Shown here: piece after piece, positions 36,831 through 47,275 of the stretch | Position numbering within the stretch: the first letter of the stretch is position 1 | How the letters are laid out: every line of letters begins with the position of its first letter | Origin: Botryllus schlosseri | Lineage: Eukaryota | Assembly: GCA_051294905.1 (NCBI GenBank) | Contig: CM119377.1 | Span: forward strand, 4,402,001-4,466,000 | Direction of reading: 5' to 3' | Length of the DNA: 64,000 bases | Made by a program: the position numbers and the translations under genes | Notes under the pieces: generated by a model | Seen by the model: the letters and a program-made list of their open reading frames with translations, nothing else | Told to the model about the DNA's origin: nothing | The model's database searches: none

Positions 36831-37834
36831 TTAACAATCGGTCGCTTCCACTCCGGCGTTGAATCCGAACTGACTGAACATGTCGGAAAACTGCGAGAAA
36901 ATATTAAGTGAAGAACCCGAGTTGTTGCACGGCTTGGTGGTCGTCCTTTTGGTTGTCGGTGCGGGCGTTGGTTTCCAGGCCCTAGTGTTCTGCCTTCGAG
37001 GTTTCACCCACGGTTTCTTGGTCGTCGTTTTCGGAGTCCATTTTCTCGCTGGTCTCGACGGGGTTTTCGGAGTTGTCTTTGGCGCCCATTTTCGCGCCGG
37101 TTTCTTCGTGACTTTCCCGTTTCTGTTTGTCTTCGGCTGCCACTTTCGTCTGCGTTTTGGCGCGGTTTTTTTAGATGGAGTTGGGTTTTCCTCGCCCGGA
37201 GTGCATCCTTCTAACAGCGTCACCGCGACGGTCGCTGATTTCTTGATAGGTGATGGTTTGACAAATCGCTTCGGAATATCAGGCACATCATATCCGGCTA
37301 TAAATGAAATAGCGTTGAGAGACATGCTTATCCTAACATTGGATAACTAGAAAACTGTTATCTTGTCCAAATTCGATTAGAATTAGAATTACTGAATTGG
37401 CAAAAAATTGGAGATGGAATCCAATTTCACAAATTAGATTAGAAATAGATTATCGGCATTCGTTCTCATTAGTTTATCTAATATGAAAACTAGAATTATC
37501 CTTGTCGAAGTCTGGTCTGTACATTACCTCCTCGCATTACGCATGCGCAGTCGTGAATGCAGCAATGCTGATATTTCAGTAACGTACAGTCATCTGGAGA
37601 AACGAGCTTCTTGGTGACAAAATCGTAGCAGGGTCGGACGCTGTGTTCGTGTCCAGTTTCTTAAAGAGTCACAAATCGCGTTACATTTCCCGCCGACGGA
37701 AATAGACAATTTATCAGAAACTTACTTGGAACACATTCCAGTTTTTTAAACTTTTTTCCCAACTGCCACGCTGTCTGACCGTGCGACAACTGCAGTGCGG
37801 AATAAAGGACGATTGCAACCAAAGTAAATTTCAT
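36831..37834 (-). CDS. Paralog C (235 aa; exons 37834-37726, 37659-37528, 37297-36831)
   Basis: MKFTLVAIVLYSALQLSHG-QTAWQLGKKFKKLECVP | KTGHEHSVRPCYDF..CCIHDCACVMRG | AGYDVPDIPKRF..EGC..KWxPK repeats..KPC..FSQFGFN..TDC*. GT-AG introns of 66 and 230 nt. Confidence 0.9.
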
Positions 37835-38047
37835 AGTGCTAGTTATAAATAAATCTGTTTGCAAACCAATCAATGCGTGAAAAACCATGGGATTCAATAG
37901 CGTACTTAGTTTAGGGTTACCATATTTCTGTGGAGCGAATTCCGGACACTCTTTAGTGCCCACTAGCGGATTTCAAAATGAGGTTTAACACATTGTCCGT
38001 CAATATGACGTCACACTAGCAAAGGATTGCTCATCGAGTGTATACAC

Positions 38048-38278
38048 CAGGGGTGTCAAACTCAACTTGCGTTGCGGGCCAGATTGAAACCTTCAGAGCA
38101 CTCGCGCGCGGGTGGGACCAGTCAAATGGTTCCAAAATGTTACCTCAAAATCCATGCCCTTGTTTTTAACATGAATCATAGTCGGTTATACAGCACTGAA
38201 TCGCCATTTGTTAGAAATGTGCTGAAAATGCGTGCGTCACGGGTCGGATGAAACCATCTGGCCGGCGGGATGCAGCTG
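38048..38278. mobile_element. Short Charlie-type MITE, relative of 3327-4169
   Basis: Left TIR CAGGGGTGTCAAACTC, degenerate right end; GTATACAC repeated on both flanks. Confidence 0.7.
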
Positions 38279-39149
38279 GTATACACTATACAGGACTGAA
38301 GTGGAACATAGGTCATGAATTGGGTCATCTGTAATGCGAGCTCTGGTGATTTCTACTTGCTAGGGTATGCAATAAATTCCTCCATGGGCCGGATGAAACC
38401 GTCTGGCGGGCTGTGTCTGACCTGTCAGGATTGTGTCTGACCTGTCAGGATATTGTTTGTTAGGTTGGCGCAGCTGGTTATGTGTATTAATCAGGTCCGA
38501 AACAACATATTTTCTGCCCCCTTCCCCCCAAAAAAGCACTGATCTTGGGCCCACCATAGGGTGGTCGATGTAACTTGTTGGACACTTACTATATGCATTT
38601 AGTTGTTAAATTTTAGATAATATGAATTCCGTCAATAATATTGATTCTTCCATATATTAGGCTCATACAATGCACCAGAGGTCGCACATCCGGTGATTTC
38701 CAACCTTTTATGGTTGCGACCTCATTTCCAACTTGAAAATGTTCCGTGGCAAAGTTAAAAACTTGATAAGCTGATTACTAAAAACCTTCAGCTTGCCTAA
38801 ACTCACTCACGGCCTAGAAAGCTGATTACGTCCAAAGTCATCGCGATCCCCAGATAAAGGCAAACGACCTCAAGATTTGGAACCACTGTCTGTGACTGAA
38901 GAATCCAATCGGCCTTAACCAACTCTAGGAATATACCGTTAGCTTATAATTGCAATTACGATCAGACTTATTTCAGTAAATCGTGGTTATTTATATTTAT
39001 TTTGATCGCATTTTTGACGAGGGTGGTGCCTGGTGCCCATACTAATATCATTATACGTTGCAACGACGCGAGGAAGAATTTTGAATAGCATAAATACGCT
39101 TGAAAATAATATTGTTTATGTGGATTTACGAAAAACTTCTGAGCCTGCT

Positions 39150-39263
39150 TCAAGCCTTCAAAATTCCGGACATTTAGGCATATTTTAGAAATTCCTCCCG
39201 GACGCAGTTTTTTCAGTGAAATTCCGGACATGTCCGGGAAATTCCGGACGTATGGCAACCCTA
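39150..39263. mobile_element. hAT terminus fragment (TCCGGAC repeats, ends TATGGCAACCCTA)
   Basis: Blackjack-like TAGGGTTGCCATA end with subterminal repeats; partner end not found. Confidence 0.55.
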
Positions 39264-41311
39264 ACTTAGTTGTGCGGGGATACTGCAAATTCCTTTTGAA
39301 TTACGACTGATTTGACGATTACTGCGACGATTTACCAACCTCTCATAGGGCGACAGTATATATGCGATGTATATCATACTTAGCTACAATTTCAATAATC
39401 GGAACCTAATCGACATACAGGTTACGGGATATACCTAATACATCTGGTCTGTTCTCGAATGTAGTGCATTCAAGGCGACTTGCACCATTGCACCAGGTAA
39501 GCCCTTATATACAATATTTCGGAATGTTGCATTGACAAATTCGTGCTAGATTGCGATCGTGCAAAATGTCGGTGTGCAGCTTAGGTGTCGTTTCCATATC
39601 TACTTATGATTTAATGGGTTACATAATAGGACTTTTGTCGTCATGAGCGTGAAACCCAATACCGATTGCGTCACGACAGTCTGCAATGAAATGTCACTGC
39701 AGATTTTGTACTAGTCAACAGAGAATCCAATTGTTATAAGTATTTGTGATTAACTGGAGATAGTTTACACGGTGAAGTATATTGGCTGTTTGAAGGGTTT
39801 TTTACGCTTTAATTTGCAGATGGGATTGAAAGTTCGTAAACTCTACAATACGTTAATCATATGCCGCATTGCCGCGTCTGTGAACAGTGCTTGGAGTGTT
39901 TTTTGCACGACATTTATCTCGATGACGCACTAGATTCCATTTATATACATTCCTATAGGCTTACTTGAGTAATGCCGCTGTCAAATTATATAGTTTGTTC
40001 TCTGTCATATCATACGGGTTATCTTGAATTAAGAATTCTTTTTTACGAGGTTCCCGTTAAATTACACCAATAAATAGATGTATTTTGTCAATTGTGCTAC
40101 ACAGGGTCCCGTCGGCTATGATACATTTAGGAGATTGGATGTTCGTCAAATGTACTGTATATCAGAGATGTCAAACTCAATTTGGGCGGATCCAATCCTT
40201 TTGATCACTTGCGGGCTGAACCATTCAGAATATACCAGATTCATCAGATATTCTTAACCTTTACAAACCCGTGGAAAACCGGTTAAAAATCACTGTTCTA
40301 GATAAATCCATACCTTCTCTCAGTGGGATACCTCATCATAAAAACCATTCATAATACGAAATATTTGAAGAGTTTCTTGGAGGTACAGAACTTCACTATA
40401 CAATTGAATAGTATATTCATATTGAAATAAACCCGAATATTTTCGGCTGACACTCGTAAGGGGTAATCGTCAGCAACTAGCAGAGAATTGGAAAGAACAT
40501 TGTATATCAACAATCGTATCACAAAATACCACGTCTCCAGCACGGAATTTCGAATGAGAGAGCGTTCAATGTACTATTTTTAGGTGGTACACGAAGTCCT
40601 TTTGTTGACAGAGTTTGGGTTGGTGTATTTTGATAAAAGTCAAAATATCACTGATCATATTGGGGCTCTATTCTAGGTACTCCATTTATTCTAGTCTCGC
40701 CTATTATGGAATTGGCAAACATAAAATGATTGGCCGCTTGAATACAGTCATTAACCACTAAAAAGTACAGACCAACGTCCTAGCCTACACTGCATGGTCA
40801 CGACAAGCAATTTGCATATCAATGCTCCCTTTGTTTCAGTCGTGATGCGACTAGGGTTGCATTAAAAACAAAAATCAATTTAAAACAGACATGTTTAAAA
40901 CAGGGCCCTTGTCTAAAACATGTTTTTTTACTCCTTTTTTTTTAAAGTCATGACGTCACGAATATTCATTTGTGACGTCGTAGTGGATTGACATTCACCA
41001 TTGAAAATATAGGGTAAACATAGCTCCTTTGACGAAATAGGCTTCCAACCCCTGTCATATACGGACCAAAAATATCTTTAACCATGGACTACCTACATCG
41101 TCATGCAGCATTTTAACGGTCGGTGGTCATCATCATCAGGACATTCATTCCGTACCAATGATCTATAGCAGTGGTTCTCAAGCTTTTTCACTGTGGGAGC
41201 CATTTTATGAACCTCAACTCTGTCGGGAGCCGCATGATGGCACGAATAACGTAATTTATTGAGAATAGAAAAATATCATCAAAAATGGTATCAACGAAAT
41301 GGTGTACGGCT

Positions 41312-41422
41312 AAAATAGCGACGGCCTTAATAGCGACGGCCAAAACACCGACTGGCCACAACAGCGACGGCCATAACAGCGACGGCCAAAACCGCGATTG
41401 GCTCAAACAGCGACGGCCAAAA
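41312..41422. repeat. Minisatellite of ~15-bp AGCGACGGCC units inside the Buster element
   Basis: Five AGCGACGGCC cores plus two variants. Confidence 0.8.
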
Positions 41423-41593
41423 CAAATACGACAATTTCCCCAGACGACACTGTGACAGCGGGCACTCCCCATACGGACAACTTCCGAAACGACGTTACCC
41501 AGCCACGTCCCTTCACCGATGGTATACCGAGGTATACCCTTCACCGTTGAAGCCGATTGCGGATGATTTACAATTTACATTCTTCCAGATAGT

Positions 41594-41737
41594 AAATAGA
41601 TAGTGATCACCACAGATTTAGCGTCACAACATGTTTATTGAGACTTAATCCACAATCTTTCTGAGTTCCGAGAGCATGTGAATTGAGTTTGGATGAACAA
41701 GGCGTGACGCTAAATCTGTGGTGATCACTATCTATTT
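41594..41737. repeat. Fold-back mini-element: perfect 34-bp inverted repeat, 76-bp spacer
   Basis: AAATAGATAGTGATCACCACAGATTTAGCGTCAC (41594-41627) and its exact reverse complement (41704-41737). Confidence 0.9.
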
Positions 41738-41743
41738 TGCAAC

Positions 41744-43549
41744 TTAGTGCGAAACTTGAAATTGAATTTGATTTTTCACAAGTTTGTCATAACGAGGTTT
41801 CATCGTGGAGGAAGCTGTGCACAAGAGCTGTTTCAGATGACGATCAGTCAATCGGTTGCGATATTTGCTTTTGATCCTCACTAATTTGCTGAAAAGGGCT
41901 TCACATACATAGGTTGAACCGAACATGCAGGCATTCTTCGATGCGTTAGCTATCAGGTTGGGGTATTTTTCTTCAGGAACAGCACCCCAAAATTCAAGGA
42001 GTCCATTGCTTTGAAACAACAGTCGCAATTCTATATCGGACTGCAAGTCCAGCAGTTCCATCTGAAAAATATCAGGGGCAGTGGCGGCATCTACTGCCAT
42101 TGGGTTTGAAAATATATTCATCAGGGGTACGGAATGATGCATTCCCTCTATTCGACGTTTAAACCCGTCAATCAAGGTACTAATAACCTGGTCATATGTT
42201 TTGAATGATCCATTCTGTCGGTGGTTTGAAAGCGTTACAAAATGTGTCGTAACACCCTCCTCTAGGTGCTTTCTCCAAAGACACAATTTCTCAATGAAAC
42301 CAGACACTGTCCCGTACCAGGCGTGACAGAGCTTGTTATTTCCTTGTAAGTTCCGATTTAGTGACGACAGGTGTGAGGTAATATCCACCATGAACGCCAA
42401 GTCAGCAACCCAGTGTTCGTTTCCCAACTGAGGGATGTCTTTCTTTCCTTCGACAAATATTTTAATCTCAGGAAGTAGCGCGTAAAATCTTTTGAGGCAT
42501 GCAGCTCGGCTTAGCCATCGTACAGCGGTGAACATGATCAAGTCTCCATGGTCAGCATCAATATCGGTGAGAAAAGCCTTGAATTTTCGATGGTTAAGTG
42601 CGTTTGCTCGAATCCAATTTACGGTCGATATTACTATATCTGTCACATTGGACATCTTTAATGATTTAGCAACAAGACTTTCCTGGTGTATAATGCAGTG
42701 TTGCCAAGTCACAGCGTCAAGATTCTGTTCAGCACGCCATTTGTTGACGAGTCCTTGAAGACCTAGATTTTTGCCGAGCATTGCTGGGCAGCCATCTGTC
42801 GCCAATGAATATAATTTCGATGGGTCTAAATGCGCTTCTTGAAGAGTAGCATGAAATTCACGAAACATGTCGGTTCCCTTCGTTGTGCCATGAATAGATC
42901 GCAAAGTAAGAAACTCCTCGCAAATCTTGAAATCTGGCATGACTCCCCGGATGAATACAGCTAATTGCTCTATGTCGGTAATGTCGTTAGTGCTGTCAAG
43001 AGCAAGCGAGTAGTAAGAAAAATCTTGCGACTTGTGAATAAGTTGCTCATGCAGATCTTGGGATATGCAATCGACACGACGCGTTACTGTATCATTGCTA
43101 AGCTGCAATTTTTTAGCTTTCTGCTGAATGGCAGGAGAACAATTGTCTTCGGTAAACAAAACAATAGCCTGCTTCGTAATTTCGCCATCAGAATATGGCT
43201 TCATATTGCTGGCCAATAGATGACTGATCTTATATGATGTTATTGTTACCTCTTCGGGTTCTTTTTTTTTTAAAAACATTTTTCCTTGTTTGCTACGCTC
43301 TGCTTTCAGACATTCTAACTTCCGTTTCCTTGATTCACCTTGATAGACGTCGTATTTTCCCGCATGTGTTTTATAATGCCTCTTAACGTTGAAAGATTTT
43401 ACACCGTTTATTATTATAGGGCACAGAAGGCATTTCGCTTTGCCGTTTTCCTCAATTTGAAAATACGCCTCTTCCCATTCACTTTGAAAGGCCCGATTTT
43501 CTTGCACAAGGGTGCGAGATTTCTTTGCAGGTTGATCTGAACCTGACAT
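41744..43549 (-). CDS. Buster/Charlie (SPIN, GTF2IRD2-like) hAT transposase, about 601 aa
   Basis: Likely start MSGSDQPAKK (the track ORF extends upstream to 43735); motifs CLLC..RHY..H, SLALDSTND, ATDGCPAM, HCIIHQ, VRWLSR, FGSTYVCEALFS, KSKYRNRL, QVSH*; no stops or frameshifts. Confidence 0.95.
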   Translation of the reverse strand: MSGSDQPAKKSRTLVQENRAFQSEWEEAYFQIEENGKAKCLLCPIIINGVKSFNVKRHYKTHAGKYDVYQGESRKRKLECLKAERSKQGKMFLKKKEPEEVTITSYKISHLLASNMKPYSDGEITKQAIVLFTEDNCSPAIQQKAKKLQLSNDTVTRRVDCISQDLHEQLIHKSQDFSYYSLALDSTNDITDIEQLAVFIRGVMPDFKICEEFLTLRSIHGTTKGTDMFREFHATLQEAHLDPSKLYSLATDGCPAMLGKNLGLQGLVNKWRAEQNLDAVTWQHCIIHQESLVAKSLKMSNVTDIVISTVNWIRANALNHRKFKAFLTDIDADHGDLIMFTAVRWLSRAACLKRFYALLPEIKIFVEGKKDIPQLGNEHWVADLAFMVDITSHLSSLNRNLQGNNKLCHAWYGTVSGFIEKLCLWRKHLEEGVTTHFVTLSNHRQNGSFKTYDQVISTLIDGFKRRIEGMHHSVPLMNIFSNPMAVDAATAPDIFQMELLDLQSDIELRLLFQSNGLLEFWGAVPEEKYPNLIANASKNACMFGSTYVCEALFSKLVRIKSKYRNRLTDRHLKQLLCTASSTMKPRYDKLVKNQIQFQVSH

Positions 43550-44612
43550 TATCATTGAACCAAAGTCTCCGATATTTTCTAACGCTATCAAGATCAAAGC
43601 AAAGAGTAAGAAAATAAAGTACCTGCAGTTACCCCAAACGTTGATTGTCTTATTGACCGAGTCTCTTGTCACCCGTATTCTAATATGAGCCGCCGTCTCG
43701 AGCGAAATAAACTTCGCCCGTCTCATTACAGACACCTGATTAGGCTTAGGTCAGACGGTCAGAGCCTTCAGTAAAGCAGTAAAGGTTCGGATTTAAAGCC
43801 TACCGAAATTACTATCGGTAATGTTACGTCACAACCCGTACAACTTGTATTACGTAGGATTCTATTGTGATCAGGGAATGACCTTCGCGTCAGTAAACGT
43901 GAACATAAACGTACATTTGTTGTGTTGAAGGCGCGATTTATTTATGATCATGAATAATTAGAATTTCCGTAGAAGCATCAATGATTTCACATCGTTAGTG
44001 AGAGCCGCACGGAGAGCAGTCGAGAGCCGCATGCGGCTCGGAGAGCCGCGGTTGAGAATCACTGATCTATAGCTACGCACTGTAGCGGCTGAACCGACTA
44101 TTTCGAGGCTCCAAACATCCCATATCGTATACGTCGGCTATATCGAGTGGTAATCGTATACGTAGGCTCATACAACGTGTGTTTTGGAAAGTATTTACAC
44201 AATTATGGCGTAATTATACATGTTAAAAAACATAATTTTTTTAAAAAGGCTTCTGCTTAAAACACTTTGTCATTTGCTTTAAATGCAACCCTAGATGCGA
44301 CGTTAGCCCGCGTAAGCGTCGCGGGGAATACAAGCGATTCAACTGTAATTGCGGGCTCTTCGAATGAGATTCATTATTATTAAATCACCATTCACGTATT
44401 CACGGCATAGAACATGTTGCTGTACCTTCGTACTGAACCTGCTAACTGCACTAAAGGAAGTGGGAGACGTGAAGAAATGTTTTATACCGCAATTGATATA
44501 GGCCTATTCTTTGAAAGCGAACAATTGATGGACAGAATAGAGACATTGAAAGGGCGGGGCCTTTTGAGTCAGAAGCTGTATAACAGTGTGACCAAATATA
44601 TTGTTGGTATAT

Positions 44613-44973
44613 TTGGATTTACCATATTTTGGAATCTGGAAAGGAGGAAACTTTTTGAATTGCATTGAAATTTTAAAAATTGAAATTCAATTTTTGAAAT
44701 TGAATAGGCCTATACAGCTGCTTTTGAAATATTTACTGGAAATATTGTTGTCTTGACTAAAGAAAAGGTCATCACTATGATTCGACTCCCGAATGACCCG
44801 TTCGAACGTACGCATGATCTATTTTGTTCATTTATACCAATTTTCAGTTGACCCTGTCCGTTAGTCTTGCCGTAAAAGCTGTGAAGGAGGGCAAATTGTC
44901 AAAAAGGGGGACATTTTCAATTTCCGGAAAAAAGAGGACTAATCCTCCTAAAGGAGGACGTATCGTAAACCTA
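44613..44973. mobile_element. Diverged copy of the 30358 MITE family
   Basis: Ends ggatttaccatattttggaatct.. and ..gaggacgtatcgtaaaccta match the 30358-30814 termini; TSD not clean. Confidence 0.6.
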
Positions 44974-45272
44974 ATTATATTCTTTAAGTAACGTACGTAC
45001 TGCGATATAGTATTGGAGTCTCTTTCTAGCTGTATTCCTGAAAACTTTTAACTGCTTGTGTAGGCTACTTTTTACCTCTTCCGAATTTGGTGTCGATGTC
45101 ACAGATTAATTACTAGTACTAATGATGACAAGAGTAAGAGCCGAACATTGGCGCCGGGCGCTTATAATATGGCATACAGAGGTGCTCAAAGTAGTTTATC
45201 TAGTACTCAAGTATAGACGTAGCGTTGTAAATTTCTACTCAAGTACAAGTAGTAGTAGAAGCAGCGATATCC

Positions 45273-45600
45273 TGACCAGATAGCATGATGGTTAAGCGTT
45301 CGGCTTCTTGATCGCTAGGTCGTGGGTTCTATTCCCGGCCGGGTCAGACCAAAGACCTGATTAGTAACACTGGTATCCATGACTTCCCCGCTTGGCGCTC
45401 ATGCATTTCTGGGATACCATGGAGGGGTGGTGCAAGACTTAGAAAGCCTTACAAGACTATATCTGCAGCTTCCTTGTCCAGCGGCATATGCACATCATGC
45501 ACTCATGATATGCATATGCGCAATATGCGCATATCGTGTGTATGTATATCATTAGTAGGTGTTTATGCCGCAAAAAAATAAACTACGTCCTTTCCTTTCC
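45273..45600 (+). mobile_element. tRNA-derived SINE, copy 5
   Basis: Same head, body and tacgtcctttcctttcct tail as the other copies. Confidence 0.92.
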
Positions 45601-46311
45601 TATGTAGGAAACAAAAAAGTAGGCCCATATGATTCTTCCAAAAAAGCCTTCTTGAATACTCCTTATAAGTACTAGTACTATACGTTACGTCTGATGGCGT
45701 AGAAAAGTGTTCGACATTTGCTGTTCTGAGATTATTAACTTAGTAGTACTTTTGAAAGTTCGTTAACTCATACTTGTTCCGCAGGCCGTGTGTTTAACAT
45801 CCCTGATCCTGCATTCACAAATAAGGAGATCCATGCCTCCAGAGATAAAATGAATCACTCAGTTTAAAACTCGATCAATTTCAACTTAAGTTGTGTGGTT
45901 AATAGCAGTAGTTGTAATTTTGCTTCTCCTCTGGTGACATAATTGGAAGCGATCATAATCTAGTTCCAGCATCTTCTTTATTAGATTATATATGAAGGAG
46001 GCTGCTACAGACAAGCATTGACCGTTGGTTCATATGCAAAGTAAGATCACTTGCTTGGTACGAATTTTATTGAATATCTTCGCAAGACAGATGATAATGA
46101 GGTAGTAAGAAAATATACAATAACAATATATACTTTACATCTATATGGTGGAAATGCTGTGATAAATCGAGCTGTGATTATTGATCTATGTATATTGAAA
46201 TAGGAAATTTCAATTAAATATTGTGCTATGTCATAGCGAGTGAACACGATATTGTTCCGATAAACATTTTAGTAAGAGAGCAAAACGAGTTTACACAATG
46301 ATATGATACTA

Positions 46312-47275
46312 TCAACAGTCATTGCTGCTATCGACCCCTGTGTTGAATCCGAATTGACTGAATATGCTTGAAAATGAAGAAAAGAAACCGAAAGAAGAGG
46401 CCGAATTATTACAGGCTTTCTTGGTCGTTGATTGGGTGGTTTTGGGAGAACGGTGCTTCCATGGTTTGACTGTGGTTTTTTGAGTAGTCGTGGTCGTTTT
46501 CCGTGTCCATTTGTTTGTTTTCTGCGCTATTGCTTTGGTTGTTTTCGGAGACCATTTCCACACGCGTTTCGTTGTTTTCTGTGATGTTGCTCGGGTGGTT
46601 TTCGGAGACCATTTCCGCGCGCGTTTCGTCGTTGTACTCGGAGCCTTGGTAGTGCTTTTCTGCACTGCTGTCGATGTTCGCCTCCAAGCTAGCTTCGGCG
46701 ACAATGTCAAGTCAGGCACGGTTGTCGGCAATATGGTTGAGTCCTCGACATCTTCTTTCGAAGGAACACAGCCTTCTAATAATTCGGCCTTAGCGGCAGC
46801 GCTCTTCATCACCGACTTTTTACGCATGAATCGCTTGGGAATCACGGGTGATGGATATCCCGCTGCAAATGAATTATGAAATAAAAAAATATTCAAGTAG
46901 GTAAAATCTGAAGATCTTACCCCCTCTCATTACGCATGCGCACTCGTGGAGGCAACAGTGTTGGTATTTTGGCAGATTACAGTCTTTCGGGGAAACCAAA
47001 TCCTTTGTCATGAAATCGTAGCATGGTTGAACTTTATCTTCAAATCCTATTTCTACGAGGAATAGTAGCCATTGTTGAAAACGATATGGACAGTAACAAC
47101 AAATATTATTATTGACAAACAATATGAAATACTGGATGCATAAAATATTATCAAGACACTTACTGGGAGCACATTGTAGCGCTTTAAACTTTTTTCCTAA
47201 CTGCCATGGTGTCTGACAATTGGTCACCTCCGACAGTGCAGCAACAGCAACAGCAGCAATCATTATATTCATCAT
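46312..47275 (-). CDS. Paralog D (264 aa; exons 47275-47164, 47052-46921, 46862-46312)
   Basis: MMNIMIAAVAVAALSEVTNC-QTPWQLGKKFKALQCAP | KIGFEDKVQPCYDF..CCLHECACVMRG | AGYPSPVIPKRF..EGC..KWSPKTT repeats..KAC..FGFFSSFSSIFSQFGFN..NDC*. Introns of 111 and 58 nt. Confidence 0.92.

Larger units (their letters stand above)
41169..44064 (-). mobile_element. Full-length Charlie/Buster hAT transposon, 2896 bp
   Basis: TIRs CAGTGGTTCTCAA / TTGAGAATCACTG; perfect TSD ATCTATAG; GAGCCGCA subterminal motifs; intact transposase ORF. Confidence 0.95.
40852..44292. mobile_element. Outer hAT MITE (about 540 bp) hosting a Buster element
   Basis: TIRs TAGGGTTGCATT / AATGCAACCCTA; perfect TSD GATGCGAC (40844-40851, 44293-44300). 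Confidence 0.93.

Noticed and set aside
43550-43735. N-terminal 62-aa extension of the Buster ORF in the track
   Set aside because: It starts at a non-ATG codon and has no transposase similarity; the ATG at 43549 gives the typical ~600-aa length.
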